Source of the DNA: Cenococcum geophilum | Lineage: Eukaryota | NCBI GenBank assembly: GCA_050273025.1 | Contig: CP158635.1 | Location: 6,820,001-6,884,000 of the forward strand | Direction of reading: 5' to 3' | Length of the DNA stretch: 64,000 bases | Part shown: one piece after another, positions 1 through 12,504 of the stretch | Position numbering within the stretch: the stretch's first letter is position 1 | How the letters are laid out: every line of letters begins with the position of its first letter | Program-made: the position numbers and the translations under genes | The notes under the pieces: generated by a model | Databases searched by the model: none | Told to the model about the DNA's origin: nothing | The model's input: only the letters and a program-made list of their open reading frames with translations

Positions 1-3000
1 CACTTAATAATAAATTCTAATAATTTAGATTTAGACTTTTATATATACTTTATAGCTTCTATTAAAGTTCTATAGTAAATAGTTAAGTAGTTTTTAAGAT
101 ATATTGATTTGGCCTTAATTTAGCCCCTAAATTAGGCCAAATTAATATATCTTAAAAATTACCTAACTATCTACTATAGAACTTTAACAGAAGCTATAAA
201 GTATATATAAAAGTCTAAATCTAAATTATTAGAATTTATTATTAAGTGGTTGTTAAGATATTAAGGTGTGGATTTGTGGGTTTTTAGTGGGGTTTTAAGG
301 GTAGCGGCTTGCTTAGGGTGGTAGCTCGCTTATTGTTGGGAATACAGGTAAGTTGCTATTACGTAAGGCAAGTTGCCGTCACGTATCGCCGCGGCACTAG
401 CGTAGCGAGGAGCCTTAAGCTCCTCGCCCTTCCTTAAGTAGAAGGGATATAGAATAATAATTATTATACTACCTACAACTTATAGATACGTAATATTACC
501 TTATATTACTAATACTAATTAGTAGTTAACTTTACTATTATACTATAGAATAGCTAGGTATTCTACTAAGAAGAAATAAGCTACTATACCAGTGCTACTT
601 ATACTAGAGGAAGCTGTCTTTTAAGGTTAGAACTGGTCCTAAACCTTAAATAGAACTCTTTTACAAATTTAAGGATCTAAAAGGCCAGAACTGGTCCTAA
701 GCCTTTCCCAGATTATAGATTCTTGTGTTTATTACGCAGAATAATATACCTTATAAGTCTTCGCGATTTAAGGCTAGAACTAGTCCTAAGCCCTATAATT
801 ATAGATTTTTATTACAAACGCGTACTAAACAAGAATCCCTATACTAATAATACTTCCCTTTCTTTGAAAATATGGCTACTCTAAACAACTAGAAAGACTT
901 TTTACTACTAGGGGTAGCTATATACGCGAAACTTATTAATAAAGATTAGGACGAATTTGCCTTTAATATAATAACTTATACCGCAAAACAAGTTAATAGT
1001 TTTCTCCTGCACTATATTCTATTTTACTAAGATAAATACTACGCCGATTTATAACTGTGGGAATATTTTAGGGAGGATTTTATAGGATAGACCGCCGATA
1101 CCTAGGCACTTGGAAATATTAATATTATTTAAGATTTCTAAGACTTCCTTTATAGGAATGGGGTATACGTTACTAAGAACGGTAACCCAGTTACTAGTAA
1201 TATTTAGGCCGTTATTATTAGCATAGAAGAACCGGTATAGATAAAAGCTAAGATTATATATTAACTACAGAAACCTAAAACTAACCCATATTCTTTAAAA
1301 GGTAACTTTAATTTGTATTAAAACCCCTAAAACGCTAATCTTCTACCTAGAGGTACTCTCTTACCTAGAGGTGCTCTCCTACCTAGAGGTACTCTTCCCC
1401 TACCTCCGCCGCCTCTAACTTCTCTACTTTAGCTAACCGGTAAGCCTTTACTATAAGAAGTCACGAATCTAATAAAGGTATATTTGGACGAAGAGAAGGA
1501 GTTTAGAGAAGAACTATATAACATACTCGGAATAAAACTATAGGTCTTTTATAACTATTGCAGTAAGGTTAAAATCTAATGCTACTAGTTTTATTATGCT
1601 TTCTTAGTTATATTAAAGGGACGGGCAGCGATATTTTATTACGACTATATTACGGGTAGAAACTATAGCTTTAACGTAATGCTTTAGCTTATTAGAGCCT
1701 ACTTTAAGACTAATAAAAACTGTTAACTTTATATATCTAAATAGCGGGAGACTATATTCTAAAGAGTTATCGCTTTTAACTTAATAAAGACTTATTTAGA
1801 GTGCCTTTAACTACTTTTTAATAAACTTTAGAAAATCCAATGTGGCCTTACTAAAACTTACTAAAATAAGAACAGTCTAAGGGACTAGGTTATTTTAGCC
1901 TGCCGTGGCGTTCCTAAGTGTAATTTAGCGCTATATAAACCTATAGATATATTTAAAGGAGTATATACCAAGCTACGCTCCGCTGTAGGTACTGCGATAT
2001 AAATATAAGAATTTTAATAGTTTTATACTAAAAACCCTACCTAACTAAGTATTCCTAACTAATACGATTATAACTAGACTAACTAAATATATAGTAGCCG
2101 TAGTAGGGAATATAGTAAAGGGTACGATTAATATTAACTATAAGGCAATTATAGAGGTCCTTATAGAGGTTTATTTTAAAGTAATTACTAAAAGAAGTGC
2201 TATGTTTATAAGAAGCTAAATTGCTAGTTAACTAGGCATTCTCTTAATAAGTAAAAGGAGGTATATAATAATTTTCGCTAAAGTATAAGAAACGTTGGAA
2301 ATTATAAGGTTACTACAGCCTACTTTTAAAGCTTTCTAGTTTAATATAAAGGCGTAGAAGATCTTAAGGGTAAGGTTAATAAGGTTAAATAGCTCCTTAT
2401 GGATATAGAAATTGAGGACTACTCTCCTAACTAATACTTTACTAAGTATAGCAAGGTAGATGGTATATAAACCGTTGCTGTTCTTAATAATTAATCTACG
2501 CTCTATTCTATTATAAAGTTAGATATCTTTACTAAGCTAAAAGAAAGTTCCGCGTTTTCCTTTAATAATAGATACTTAGCAAACGTCTTTTACGGTATTA
2601 TACTGGATATAAGAGCCGCAGGAGTATCTATAGTAGGAGAACCCTAAGTTTAAGCTCTCTAGTAGCTTAATAGCTTTATTTAGATTAACTAATTAACGGC
2701 AGGCTAACATATAATTCGTTTTAGTAAAGGTACTATAATCTCTCTCGGCATAATTAGGGTCTAAACCCCCTTAGGATATATTACTTTCTATATTATTCCC
2801 ACGAATATTCTGTTCCTATTCTGTATTAGGGATATAAATAAATTAGGCGTTAAGCTTAATAACCTTAAGAATATGCTCGTGTAGGGAGATAATTAGGTGC
2901 CTATTATACGTAAGTGGGGTTACCCTTAGCTGCTCCTTTAATAACTAGAAAAGAGTGTTACTTAAAGCCATTTAACTAAGTTAGAGTTACGCCAACTATA

Positions 3001-6000
3001 CCGTTGTTTTGGTTATCTATTAGTTTACTAATTACTTAGGGTTCTTTAGCGAGTAGGTTATAAAGTTAAGGTTAAGGCGATTAAGTATTTTATAAAGTAT
3101 TACTATTACTGCTAAATAAACTAAAAGTCCCCTAGCCGATTTAAGTTTACTCTTAAAGATAACTATAACTTTAACTTCTGTATTATTGTTAATATTATAT
3201 ATTTTAGCAGTAAGCTAGTACTTTAAGTTATTAGCTTTTTAACCTCCTTCTAAGCCGTATGTTTTTTTAAAGGATATACTAGCTAGGAACGTATAGGATA
3301 CCCTTTAATTATACTAGATTAATGTCTACCTAGGACCTCTTAATTAAATCGTTTATAATATAGGAAAGAACTTCTTATTTATAGAGTTTTAATAATAGAT
3401 AAAGGCAATAGCAATTAAGGTTAAGGAAGTCCCTATTAAGGCATATAATAGTATTAGAAAAGTAGAGCGATATTACGCGCCATTACGCCGCGTATATAAG
3501 ATTATTTCTTTAGAACTAGAGGACGCTAGTAAAGAACTTACCTTATAAATGGCTGTTAAAGCTATTAATAATTCCGCTAGCCTAGATAGACTTATACCTA
3601 CGTTACTAGTCTTTAGCGCCTACCCTTAAATAACTAATAATTTTCTACTATTTCCTTCCGTTATATAATAGGCTAAGGCTATTTATAAGGTAATGAAGGA
3701 GGTATAATATCTCTACGCTATACGCTAGGTTAGTAATATACTAGGGATAAGAAATAGCCTAAATACCTTAACTACGCTTAATTTGCTACTCTAGTCTAAG
3801 GTACGCATATGGCGTAAAAAGGGAGGGTAGTTAGGCCTATATTAACTTATTATAATTAATAGTTAAACTTATATTATTTAGATGCCTTATAGACCCACTT
3901 AATTCCATTTAACTATTATTAAGCCTTACTATAAAGATAATAGTTCTAAGCCTTTATAGGATGTCCTAAAGGAAAACTATAATTAATATGCTCTAGAAGG
4001 CGACTATAATTCTAATATAATTATAGTAGAGGTTCCGCAATTATAACGCGGTAGAGGTTACCTAAAGGGATTATAAAATTGCTAATATCTTATTAATTTT
4101 AAAGAGTAATTTATTGCCGCTATTAAGAATAGAATTAAGTTATTAATGGCCTTTATAATAGCTAAGGAGAAGGCTAACTTTAAGCTCGCAAAATAGCTCT
4201 AAAAGGAAGGTTATATTATAACCCCTAAAGCTCCTTTCTAAGTATCTAATAAGTGGGAGATTGATAGTCTTATTATAAGAGGAGTCTTTGAATTTAAAAA
4301 GTATAACCCTACTAAGTTTAATAAAGTTTGCATCTTTAAGTTAAGAATGGTTAACGAGATTAAAGGTAAAGCTACTAACGCCCTATTTAAGAAATTAAGG
4401 CTTATTATTTAAGGTTATAATAATAACGGTAAGGAGGTAATTCTTACGCAATCCCCTATAATTTAATAAGCTAGTTAACGAGTTATTATTATATTAGCTC
4501 CCTCCTTAATAAAGAATAGAATGGCGGTCTATTTATAAGATATTACTTAGGCCTATACCTAATTAGAGACGCACCTTTAGCGCTTAATATTGGTATACCT
4601 TTTAGAGTAAATTCACCACTAATATCCCAAAGATATAATTATGGTTATGCTTAAGCTGTTATATGGAATTATAGAGGCAGGAACTTATTAGTAGGCTACC
4701 TATAGCAAGCACTATAAAGAGAAACTTTTAATAACTACTTCTATATTTAATTTATGCTTCCTTATTATAACTATAGGAACCCTATTTAGAATTGTCGGCA
4801 TATAAACTAATAATATAATTATCTTAGGAGACGACTAATTCTTAGCTCTTAAAGAAGATAAGCTAGTAAAGGTAAATCTTATAGCAAAGCTAAGGGAAAT
4901 ACTTAATCTAATAATACTATTACTTTTTAATAGATGCACCCTCTCCCTAAATAAAGATTATATTGCTTTACGCCAGAAGGGTTAAGGTAAGAAGATTAAC
5001 GTTATTAACGTTAATTCTTTAAAGTAAAGATATATAGAGTAACGCGCTTGCGGAGCTTATGTTGCTTCTATCTATTAACCTAAGGCTTTATTTAATCTTT
5101 TTATTACCGCCTAATACTAGGAACTAACTAAGGATAATATTCTTACCCTAAATAAACGTCTTTCCTAGTAAATAAACCATTTTAATTAGGGACTACTCTA
5201 CGTGCCTATTAATCTTCCTACTATTAAGCTCTTTATATTTATTAATAGATTATTTATAAATAATAAAGATTTTAGCTCCTAGTTAGGATATAAGATTATT
5301 ATCGCAAATAAATCTACTAAAGAGAATAACTTTATAATCTACGATAATTTTATCTATTAGAGCTTAACTAAGAGTAAATGCGTTACCTAAAGTGTTTTAG
5401 CGTTAGAGATATATAGAATAGTTAGCGGAGTTAATATAGTAATTGTAATTGGAACTACCCTAAAGATAATTATAGATTAACTTAAACTTTCCGTTATCCC
5501 TATAATTATATACACTAACTTATATTCCCTCTACAAGTGTTTAGTTAAACTCGGTACTATAAAGAAGAAGCGCCTTATAATTAATATTATAGCACTTTAG
5601 CAATCCTATAAGCGTTAAGAACTCTTTAAGATTTAATAGATTAATGGCTAAAATAACCTAGTAGATATAATAATAAAGGCGAACCTAAATAAGGCACTAG
5701 AGACGTTTATTAATACAAATACTCTATATATATAAGTTAAAGGTTAGGTTAAAAGGGAATAGAAGTATAATATTTTATAAACCCTAACTTAACTTAGCTA
5801 ATTAGGATTTTTTATCCCCGGGATAGAAAATTACTATTAGCTTGCTTACTACTAGCGCCTTAGCGGCCCTCTAAACAAGATATCTACCTATAACTCCTAA
5901 GTAAGAAAGCACTACGTGCTAAGAGGCAAACTTTAGAATAGCGAGACTTATATTATAATGGTAATAGTAAGTAAGGAGGATTAATATTTATTACGCTAGT

Positions 6001-6223
6001 CGAGCGGTATATATATGTAGATGGTAACTGTAAAAGAAGAGTTGCTAGTGTTGGGAATATAGGCAAGTTGCCGTCACGTGTCGCCGCGGCACTAGCGTGG
6101 CGAGGAGCCTTAAGCTCCTTGCCCTTTCTTAAGCAGGAGGGATATAGAACAATAATTATTATACTACCTATAACTTGTAGATATATAATATTACCTTGTA
6201 TTACTAACACTTATAAAACACGT
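1..6223. mobile_element. pogo/Fot1-like foldback MITE (left end outside window), interrupted near the tip of its right TIR by a Copia insertion
   Basis: 1-248 is a near-perfect palindrome centred at ~124 (cacttaataataaattct...agaatttattattaagtg). 236-300 resembles the arm of the MITE at 19547-19970. After the Copia TSD the terminus continues as cttat-aaaacacgt|TA (6210-6225); its reverse complement ACGTGTTTTATAAGCGAG resembles pogo/Fot1-type ends with a TA target. Confidence 0.7.
334..6209 (+). mobile_element. Full-length Ty1/Copia LTR retrotransposon, GalEa-type, RIP-inactivated (Copia-1)
   Basis: LTRs 334-514 and 6049-6209 (TGTTGG...AACA) with perfect 5-bp TSD CTTAT. CTAATTAGT follows the 5' LTR in place of a tRNA PBS. 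De-RIPed gag-pol (~872-5762) shows a C-x2-C-x4-C-x4-H knuckle (~2198), protease DTGAA-like motif, integrase, RT QTDD (~4805) and RNase H KRLMID (~5570). Confidence 0.93.
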
Positions 6224-6949
6224 TATAGGTTAAATTATGCCTAAATAATACTATAGTATTAAAGAATAATATTATAAACGTTCTTAATAATTATATAATA
6301 GCTATAGGTGCTATTATAAAGTGTCCCTCCTATTTACTAGGTAGTAAAACTACGCTAAATATATAGCACAGAACTACGAGATTTAAAAGTATATATACTA
6401 AATCTTAGGAGATAAGTCTCCTTAATTAACTAATTAATACCTTAACTGTATTTAATAGCCTAAGGGTAAATACGAGAATAATTTGTTAGTAACGTAGAGA
6501 ATTATAAAATATAATTATAGATTATAGATTATATTTTAATAGTTAAAGAAAACGGTAAGCTAAGGCCCTATATATTAAGCTATATACTAAATAGTTTTAC
6601 GGAACTATATTAGGAACACTAAATTGTCTATAATACTTATAATTAATTACAAGCTAGTATAAAGGCTTAGATATAAAGTTGCATAAAATTCTATAGGTTA
6701 GGTTAGCTTAGGTAGTTACTAATAGGCTTTTAGTAGGCTTCTAATAGGTTTCCTAGTAATCCTTACATCTTTTCTCTAGTTACGTTTTTTCCTTACTAAG
6801 GTTTTTTAGGAGTTTAAAGTAGGGGTTAAATTGATAGATAATATATAATGGCATGCTAATATCTCTCCAAACCTCTTCTAGAACGAGCCCTTATAATCTC
6901 CCTCTACTGTAAAATAATAGCGATTAGGGGCTAACTATAAGAAGGGAGG

Positions 6950-7175
6950 GGGTAATATAAGGGATATTATTGCAGTTACCTTAGGTTGCCCTTAGGATAA
7001 CCCCCGGATACCCCTTAGATATCTATTAGTTATATACTAAAGGCATATGCCTATAGTATATAATCTCCACAATTCTAGAGGCCTTACCTCCTTAAGGATT
7101 TGTCTCTCTTACTAATCCATTTTATTCTATAATTTTGTCCTTATAGCCCCCTGTCTATAAAGTTCCCTTATACTA
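6950..7175. repeat. Unclassified dispersed repeat; inverted copy at ~50620-51200
   Basis: ctagaggccttacctccttaaggatttgtct... and ttatagccccctgtctataaagt match the reverse complement of the 50630-50693 and 51047-51200 segments. Confidence 0.7.
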
Positions 7176-7419
7176 GGAGCCACTAAGAAAAGGTAAGCCT
7201 AGCTATACTAGATTATAGCTATATTATAGGGAAATGTATATAAGGAGAAGGAGATAAGTAAGGTAAATAATAATAGGTAGATAGTTGTTAGGTAACGATA
7301 GGGACGAATGTATATATATTAGTTACCGAGCTCGTTAAACCATTCGGTTCGACACTGTACCTTTTTAGCCAGTTGCGTTCGTTTGGCTCGGTGGGCGATT
7401 ATTACAATAGTTGTATAAT

Positions 7420-8870
7420 GGAAAAGAGCTAAGGTACCTACCCTAGTAGAAGTAGTATCTACCTAACTAGTAGCAAAATAGGGCGTAAAACGTCTATAAG
7501 GTAGTCTTAGTATAGCTAGAGACCTATTTTAGTAGAGAATTCTAATTGTAGTAACTCTAGATAAAACGCCTTAAATATAAATAAAAGACGTTTATAAGTT
7601 ACTAGATAAGTTATAAAAGGGTTAATAATAGTATAATATAACTGCGGATACTTAAACTATAGAATAACACGCCCTTTATTTAATAGCCTAGACCTAAAAA
7701 ATATTAAATAATAGCATATAGGAACTAGTATAAATAATAAACTCGTAAAATATACTAATTAAAAAGATATTACCTTCTATATAAACTAGACCTAGCTACC
7801 CGCGTATATTTCTTAATTAGCTAATATATTAATATATAAGCGTAGAGCTACTATACTATTAGCCCTAATATAGCTAAATTATAAATAGCTACAGATAGTG
7901 GCTAAATTAGTATAATTAATATCTATAATATAAGAGATAATAGACCCTAGAGAACTATATAGGGATTACTATAATATACTATTAATATAGTAGAAGGCGA
8001 GTTAATAGTCCTAAGGGACTTTAATGCATACTATATAGCATAGGGAGGATAGTAGGCTATAGTAGAAGTATATGTAATATATTTACTTAACAAACTAAAA
8101 ATATAAGGCCTTACCCTAATTACTTTAATTAGCAAACCTACCTAAAAAAGGGATATTTAAGAGAGTATAATTAACCTAATATTTATATAGGAGGTATTTA
8201 TAAACTAGCTAGCATTCTACGGGCTAGAAAATATATAGGCAATAACTATAGATTATATACCTATACGGATAACCCTTAATATTAACGCCTTAGTGTAATA
8301 AACTTACTAAAGATACGCTGTATAAAAACTTAATTAGGAAAAATACTTTTAGGAAATTATTTATAAACTAGTAATAATACTAGATGTAACGCTAGAGGAT
8401 ATCTAAAGGACTATAAGTAACCGTTTAAAAGAATACTACCTAAAAGCCTAGCCTAGCAAACACGCCTAGCACAAATTGTTGCTAAAAGTAGTATAGCTAC
8501 TTATAGGTATAAGGAGGGTAAGGTAATAGCATAGCGTAATAGGTAGGGCCTACTACTATTAGAGCTATAAGGCCTTAAAGAATAGACTTAAAAAGATAAT
8601 ATAAAAGGAAAATAAAAATAGCTAGCGCCAATTCCTAAAGGAAATTACCTTAAGCCCTACTAAACTATATAACTAGGGCCTTTAGCGTATATTAAAGTGG
8701 AGTAGAAAAGCCGTAGGGGAAACGCTAGGAAACCCCTACCTATCTATACTCTACTAGATAGAATAAAACTATTAGTAGAGAGATTCTTTTTTAATATATA
8801 CTAAGCTAACCTATAGAATACTAGCTGCTAAGACTATCCCTAGGTTAGGGTTCTAAAATAAAATACTTAG
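7420..8870 (+). mobile_element. LINE (Tad1-like) fragment: end of ORF1 and AP-endonuclease part of ORF2, RIP-degraded, truncated before RT
   Basis: De-RIPed motifs RVCFLI (~7800), VLGDFNAHH..WGG (~8008-8048), S.IDL.F (~8165) and DH.PI (~8250), typical of APE domains. Boundaries approximate. Confidence 0.7.
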
Positions 8871-10640
8871 CTTTTAAAGAGGTAATTAAAATAGGGCTAG
8901 GTTAAGTTATTAAGCAAAAGGACTATAAGTAGGCGTATATATATATAGGGTAGTAAGGAGTTAGGGGTAGGGAAAATATAATACCTAATAGAAGTCTATA
9001 ATAATATAGAAGTATAGTATAAAGGGTAGATAGGGCAAGATAGATATTTAGGACACTCCCTTATAGGAGCCTTAGAGTAGCGGCCTAATAGTATTTTTCT
9101 TCCTATTAATATAGTGTGGGTATACTACCTAGAGGGATATATACTATATTACCGCTTACGTCTCCCTTAGAGGTTTTTTATACCTAACTTAACGGTATTT
9201 ATCTATATAGACCTAGATAGGGACTATATTAGGGTTTATTTAATTACAAATTGCCTCCGTTACAGAATCTGTTCGATCTGTACATATTTTAGCGCCGCCC
9301 ATTTTATAATTAGTGGCTGCTACTACCGTAGTTCAGTTGAATCTGTAATTAAGTCAATCATTCAGTAAGCCTCCAGATTTGGCTCCAGATTTAGCTTCGC
9401 ATAATGCGTGATTGATTTTAGTAAGCGATTCGAGTGACCCCCTCTACCACTAGACTTCTATCGCGACTCTTTACCTTAGTGTAGTAATAAAGCCTCCTCC
9501 TTATCAACCAACGCCCTCTCGTCCGTCAACGTTCTCTACACCTTCGTCAACCTCCCGTACAAGTCGCAGCAGAGTTACCGCGACGCCCGCGGGGCACAGG
9601 AGGGCGCGTCTAAGATAATAACATCATATAAGGCTTGCAAATGCGACAGCAGTATTGCGGTTAGGGTATATAGGGTTTCTATATTATAAGAAGCATTATA
9701 TCTAACAGCCAGCGTCGCTAGTAGCGACGCTGCCAAGAAGCTGATAATAACATACGGAACGTTAATCCCCCAACGTAAAATTTAACCCAAGTTTATAAGT
9801 AATAAGCCAATCAATTTTAGAGCTTTATTATATAGACTTTAATTAATATATATAGAGATAAGGTTTTCCAGGGGGAGACCCCCTGGGACCCCCCTATATA
9901 GAGCTTTTACTTAATTTAGAAGTAGTAATAAGATTAAGGCGCCTTAGTTACTGCTAGGTAAAAATCTACTATAATAACCAAGGCGCCCTACTTAAGCTAG
10001 GCTTAAGGATTATATTAGTCACGAATTTAGTATATATTTAGACTATAGAGCTTTAATATAAAGCCCTCTATATAGGATCTAATATAGTAGATTATAATTC
10101 CAATTTAAAGCTTTATATACTAAATATTTTTAATACCTAATAACTAAATCGCCGCATAGCTGGAATTAAAGTAAGTCTACTACCCTAACTTAATTAAATA
10201 CGTATATAGGAAGAGATATAACTATATACAGAGACGTTTAATATAATTAAGTAACCATATTATTACCTACCTAGTTCGGATGTATAACGACGCGATAGCT
10301 TAGCAATAATGTAATAGCTCGGCGCCAAGTAATAGGAGGGGGGAGAAGGGGGAGGAGATTAGGGGTGGCTTAGCCACTATAAGAAGGTCGTAATATTGGT
10401 ATAGTGTTAAACTTTAAAAATTATATCCAGGGAGCTTAATTGATAACCCCTATATAAAATATTAACAACGTTTAATTATAGAGCTTTAAACCGGCAGATC
10501 TTTTAGGAATACCTATTATAAGCAGCTCCAAGTATAAAATCTAGAATATTTAGTAGTAGTATAAGTATAGGACGGGGGTATATATTTGCGTTCCTAAATA
10601 TTATTATATAACGTAACTTTTAGGTAATAAAAACCGCCAT

Positions 10641-11400
10641 TAACGTTACTCGACTAACACCTACCAGAGGTTCCTCCGTCCTTCCTATCTCCTTTCTTAC
10701 CCGTCTCCTTATTTAATACTATCTATATTACCATATTAACCAATAGATCCCTTAGTGGAGACTAAAGAGGGGTATTAGAGCGCCTCTAGCTCTTATAAGG
10801 AAGAAGAAAGAAAAAGAGAGAAAGGTATAAAGGAGGGAGTATTTATAGATAGGAGGTGGCCTACAAACGGGAGATTAGGCAGCTATAATATAAATATTAA
10901 TATTACTCGACTAACACCTACTAGACGCCCCTCCGTCCTTCCTATTTCCTCTCTTACCCATTTCCTCTTTAGATGCTGTCTATATCGCTATATTAACTAA
11001 TAAATCCCTTAATAGAGACTAGGGAGGAGTATTAAAGCACCTCTAGCTCTTATAAGGAAGAAGAAAAGAAGAGAAAAAGGTATAAAAGAGGGAGTATTTA
11101 TAGATAGAAGGAGGCCTGTGAGTATAGGAGATTAGGCAGCTATAATATAGCTAGTAACGTTACTCGACTAACATATACTAGAGGCTCCTCCGTCCTTCCT
11201 ATCCTCTCTCGCCCGTCTTGTCGTCTAATACTATCTATATTGCTATATTAACTAATAAATCCCTTAATAGGGACTAGGAAGGGGTATTAGAGCACCTCTA
11301 GCTCTTATAAGGAAGAAGAAAGAAAAAAAAGGTATAAAAGAGGGAGTATTTATAAACAGGAGAAGGCCCTATAAGCACGTAATTTAGGAAGTACTAATAG
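10641..11400. repeat. Three tandem ~257-bp repeats inside the Helitron 3' arm
   Basis: ttactcgactaaca recurs at ~10646, ~10902 and ~11160, each followed by ctccgtccttcctat... and cctctagctcttataaggaagaaga. Confidence 0.9.
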
Positions 11401-12504
11401 CACGAGATTCTTATATAAGATGGGCTTAATTACTTACTAAAATATAGGGTGTCTCTGTCACTATAGTAGCTACTACAGTAGTAGAGACGCCTTAAATATT
11501 TAATATAACCAACTACTAAGGCTGTTAATAAGTAAAAGGTAGGCTACTAATATAGTGTAAACGATATAGTTATTAATATCGTTTATAGCCTATTTTTGCC
11601 TCTAGTATACGCGTAAATTATCCTTATATTTAGCGTAGAGCTAGTTATAAATAGTAAGGTAGTTTAGGTCTAGCTTTACTATTAATATAGCTATAGGTAG
11701 TATATCCCTTAGTATAGGCCAACTTAGTAGTTCTAGCTTTAGAAGATCGTCTTTCTTCTTAAATAGGTCGATATACTACTATACCTCATTAGTTTTAGCT
11801 ATATCTTAGATAATAAAGAACCATTAAATCCAATTAAATAGCTTATTAAGGATAAGGTTGATTTTTAATTTAGTAAAGGTTATTATTTTTAGAATTTAAT
11901 AGGTTAGAAAGGGTCCAGGTTAAAGTCTAGCTAGCGTCTTAGTAAAACCTTATTTAGACGTTCCGAACTTTTGATTTAATTCATTAGTTTAGATTACCAA
12001 AATCTAAAATTTTGTCACGGGGAGCGCGATTAATAACCCCTACTAACAGCTCTAACTACGTCTAATTTTTAATTTATAAATTAGCAGATCTATAGGTAAT
12101 AGTTATTATAAGTAACTCCAGGTGCAGTATATATAAAATCTTAACTATAGTATAGAGAAGTCGTGGCTGCTAATATACGGTCCCAAGTATTCTTAGAGGT
12201 CACGTGACTTCTTATATAAGCGACATTTCCGCCCTTTAAAAAAATTCTAAAATTCTAAAAATTAATTAACGCTATAAATAGCAGTAATATTAATCCGGTA
12301 GTACTGTCAATTCTTTTTATATACTATTATATATATATCTAACAGCTCTAAAAGCAGTAAGAAGGTAGAATAAATAGGGGGGTTAAAATTTAGAAAATTG
12401 GATTTCGTAGTTAAGCTATTTAAAAGTTAAAAACTAAAACATATACTATATTCTCCGCTTACCTCTAAGCTAGTATATAATTTCCTAATTAGGAAAAGTT
12501 GTTT

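Noticed and set aside
5953..6210. Short ORFs in LTRs and other RIPed DNA (also 13050, 15318, 26479, 31639, 37953, 40136, 41437, 41628, 44841, 45367)
   Set aside because: Chance frames or fragments of RIPed TE genes, rich in I/L/Y as expected from AT-rich DNA.
6226..6940. AT-rich RIP-like sequence
   Set aside because: Probably a repeat relic, but no family motif or boundary could be identified.
10641..11400. Possible CRISPR-like or regularly spaced array
   Set aside because: Whole units are homologous with no unique spacers, and the context is eukaryotic.
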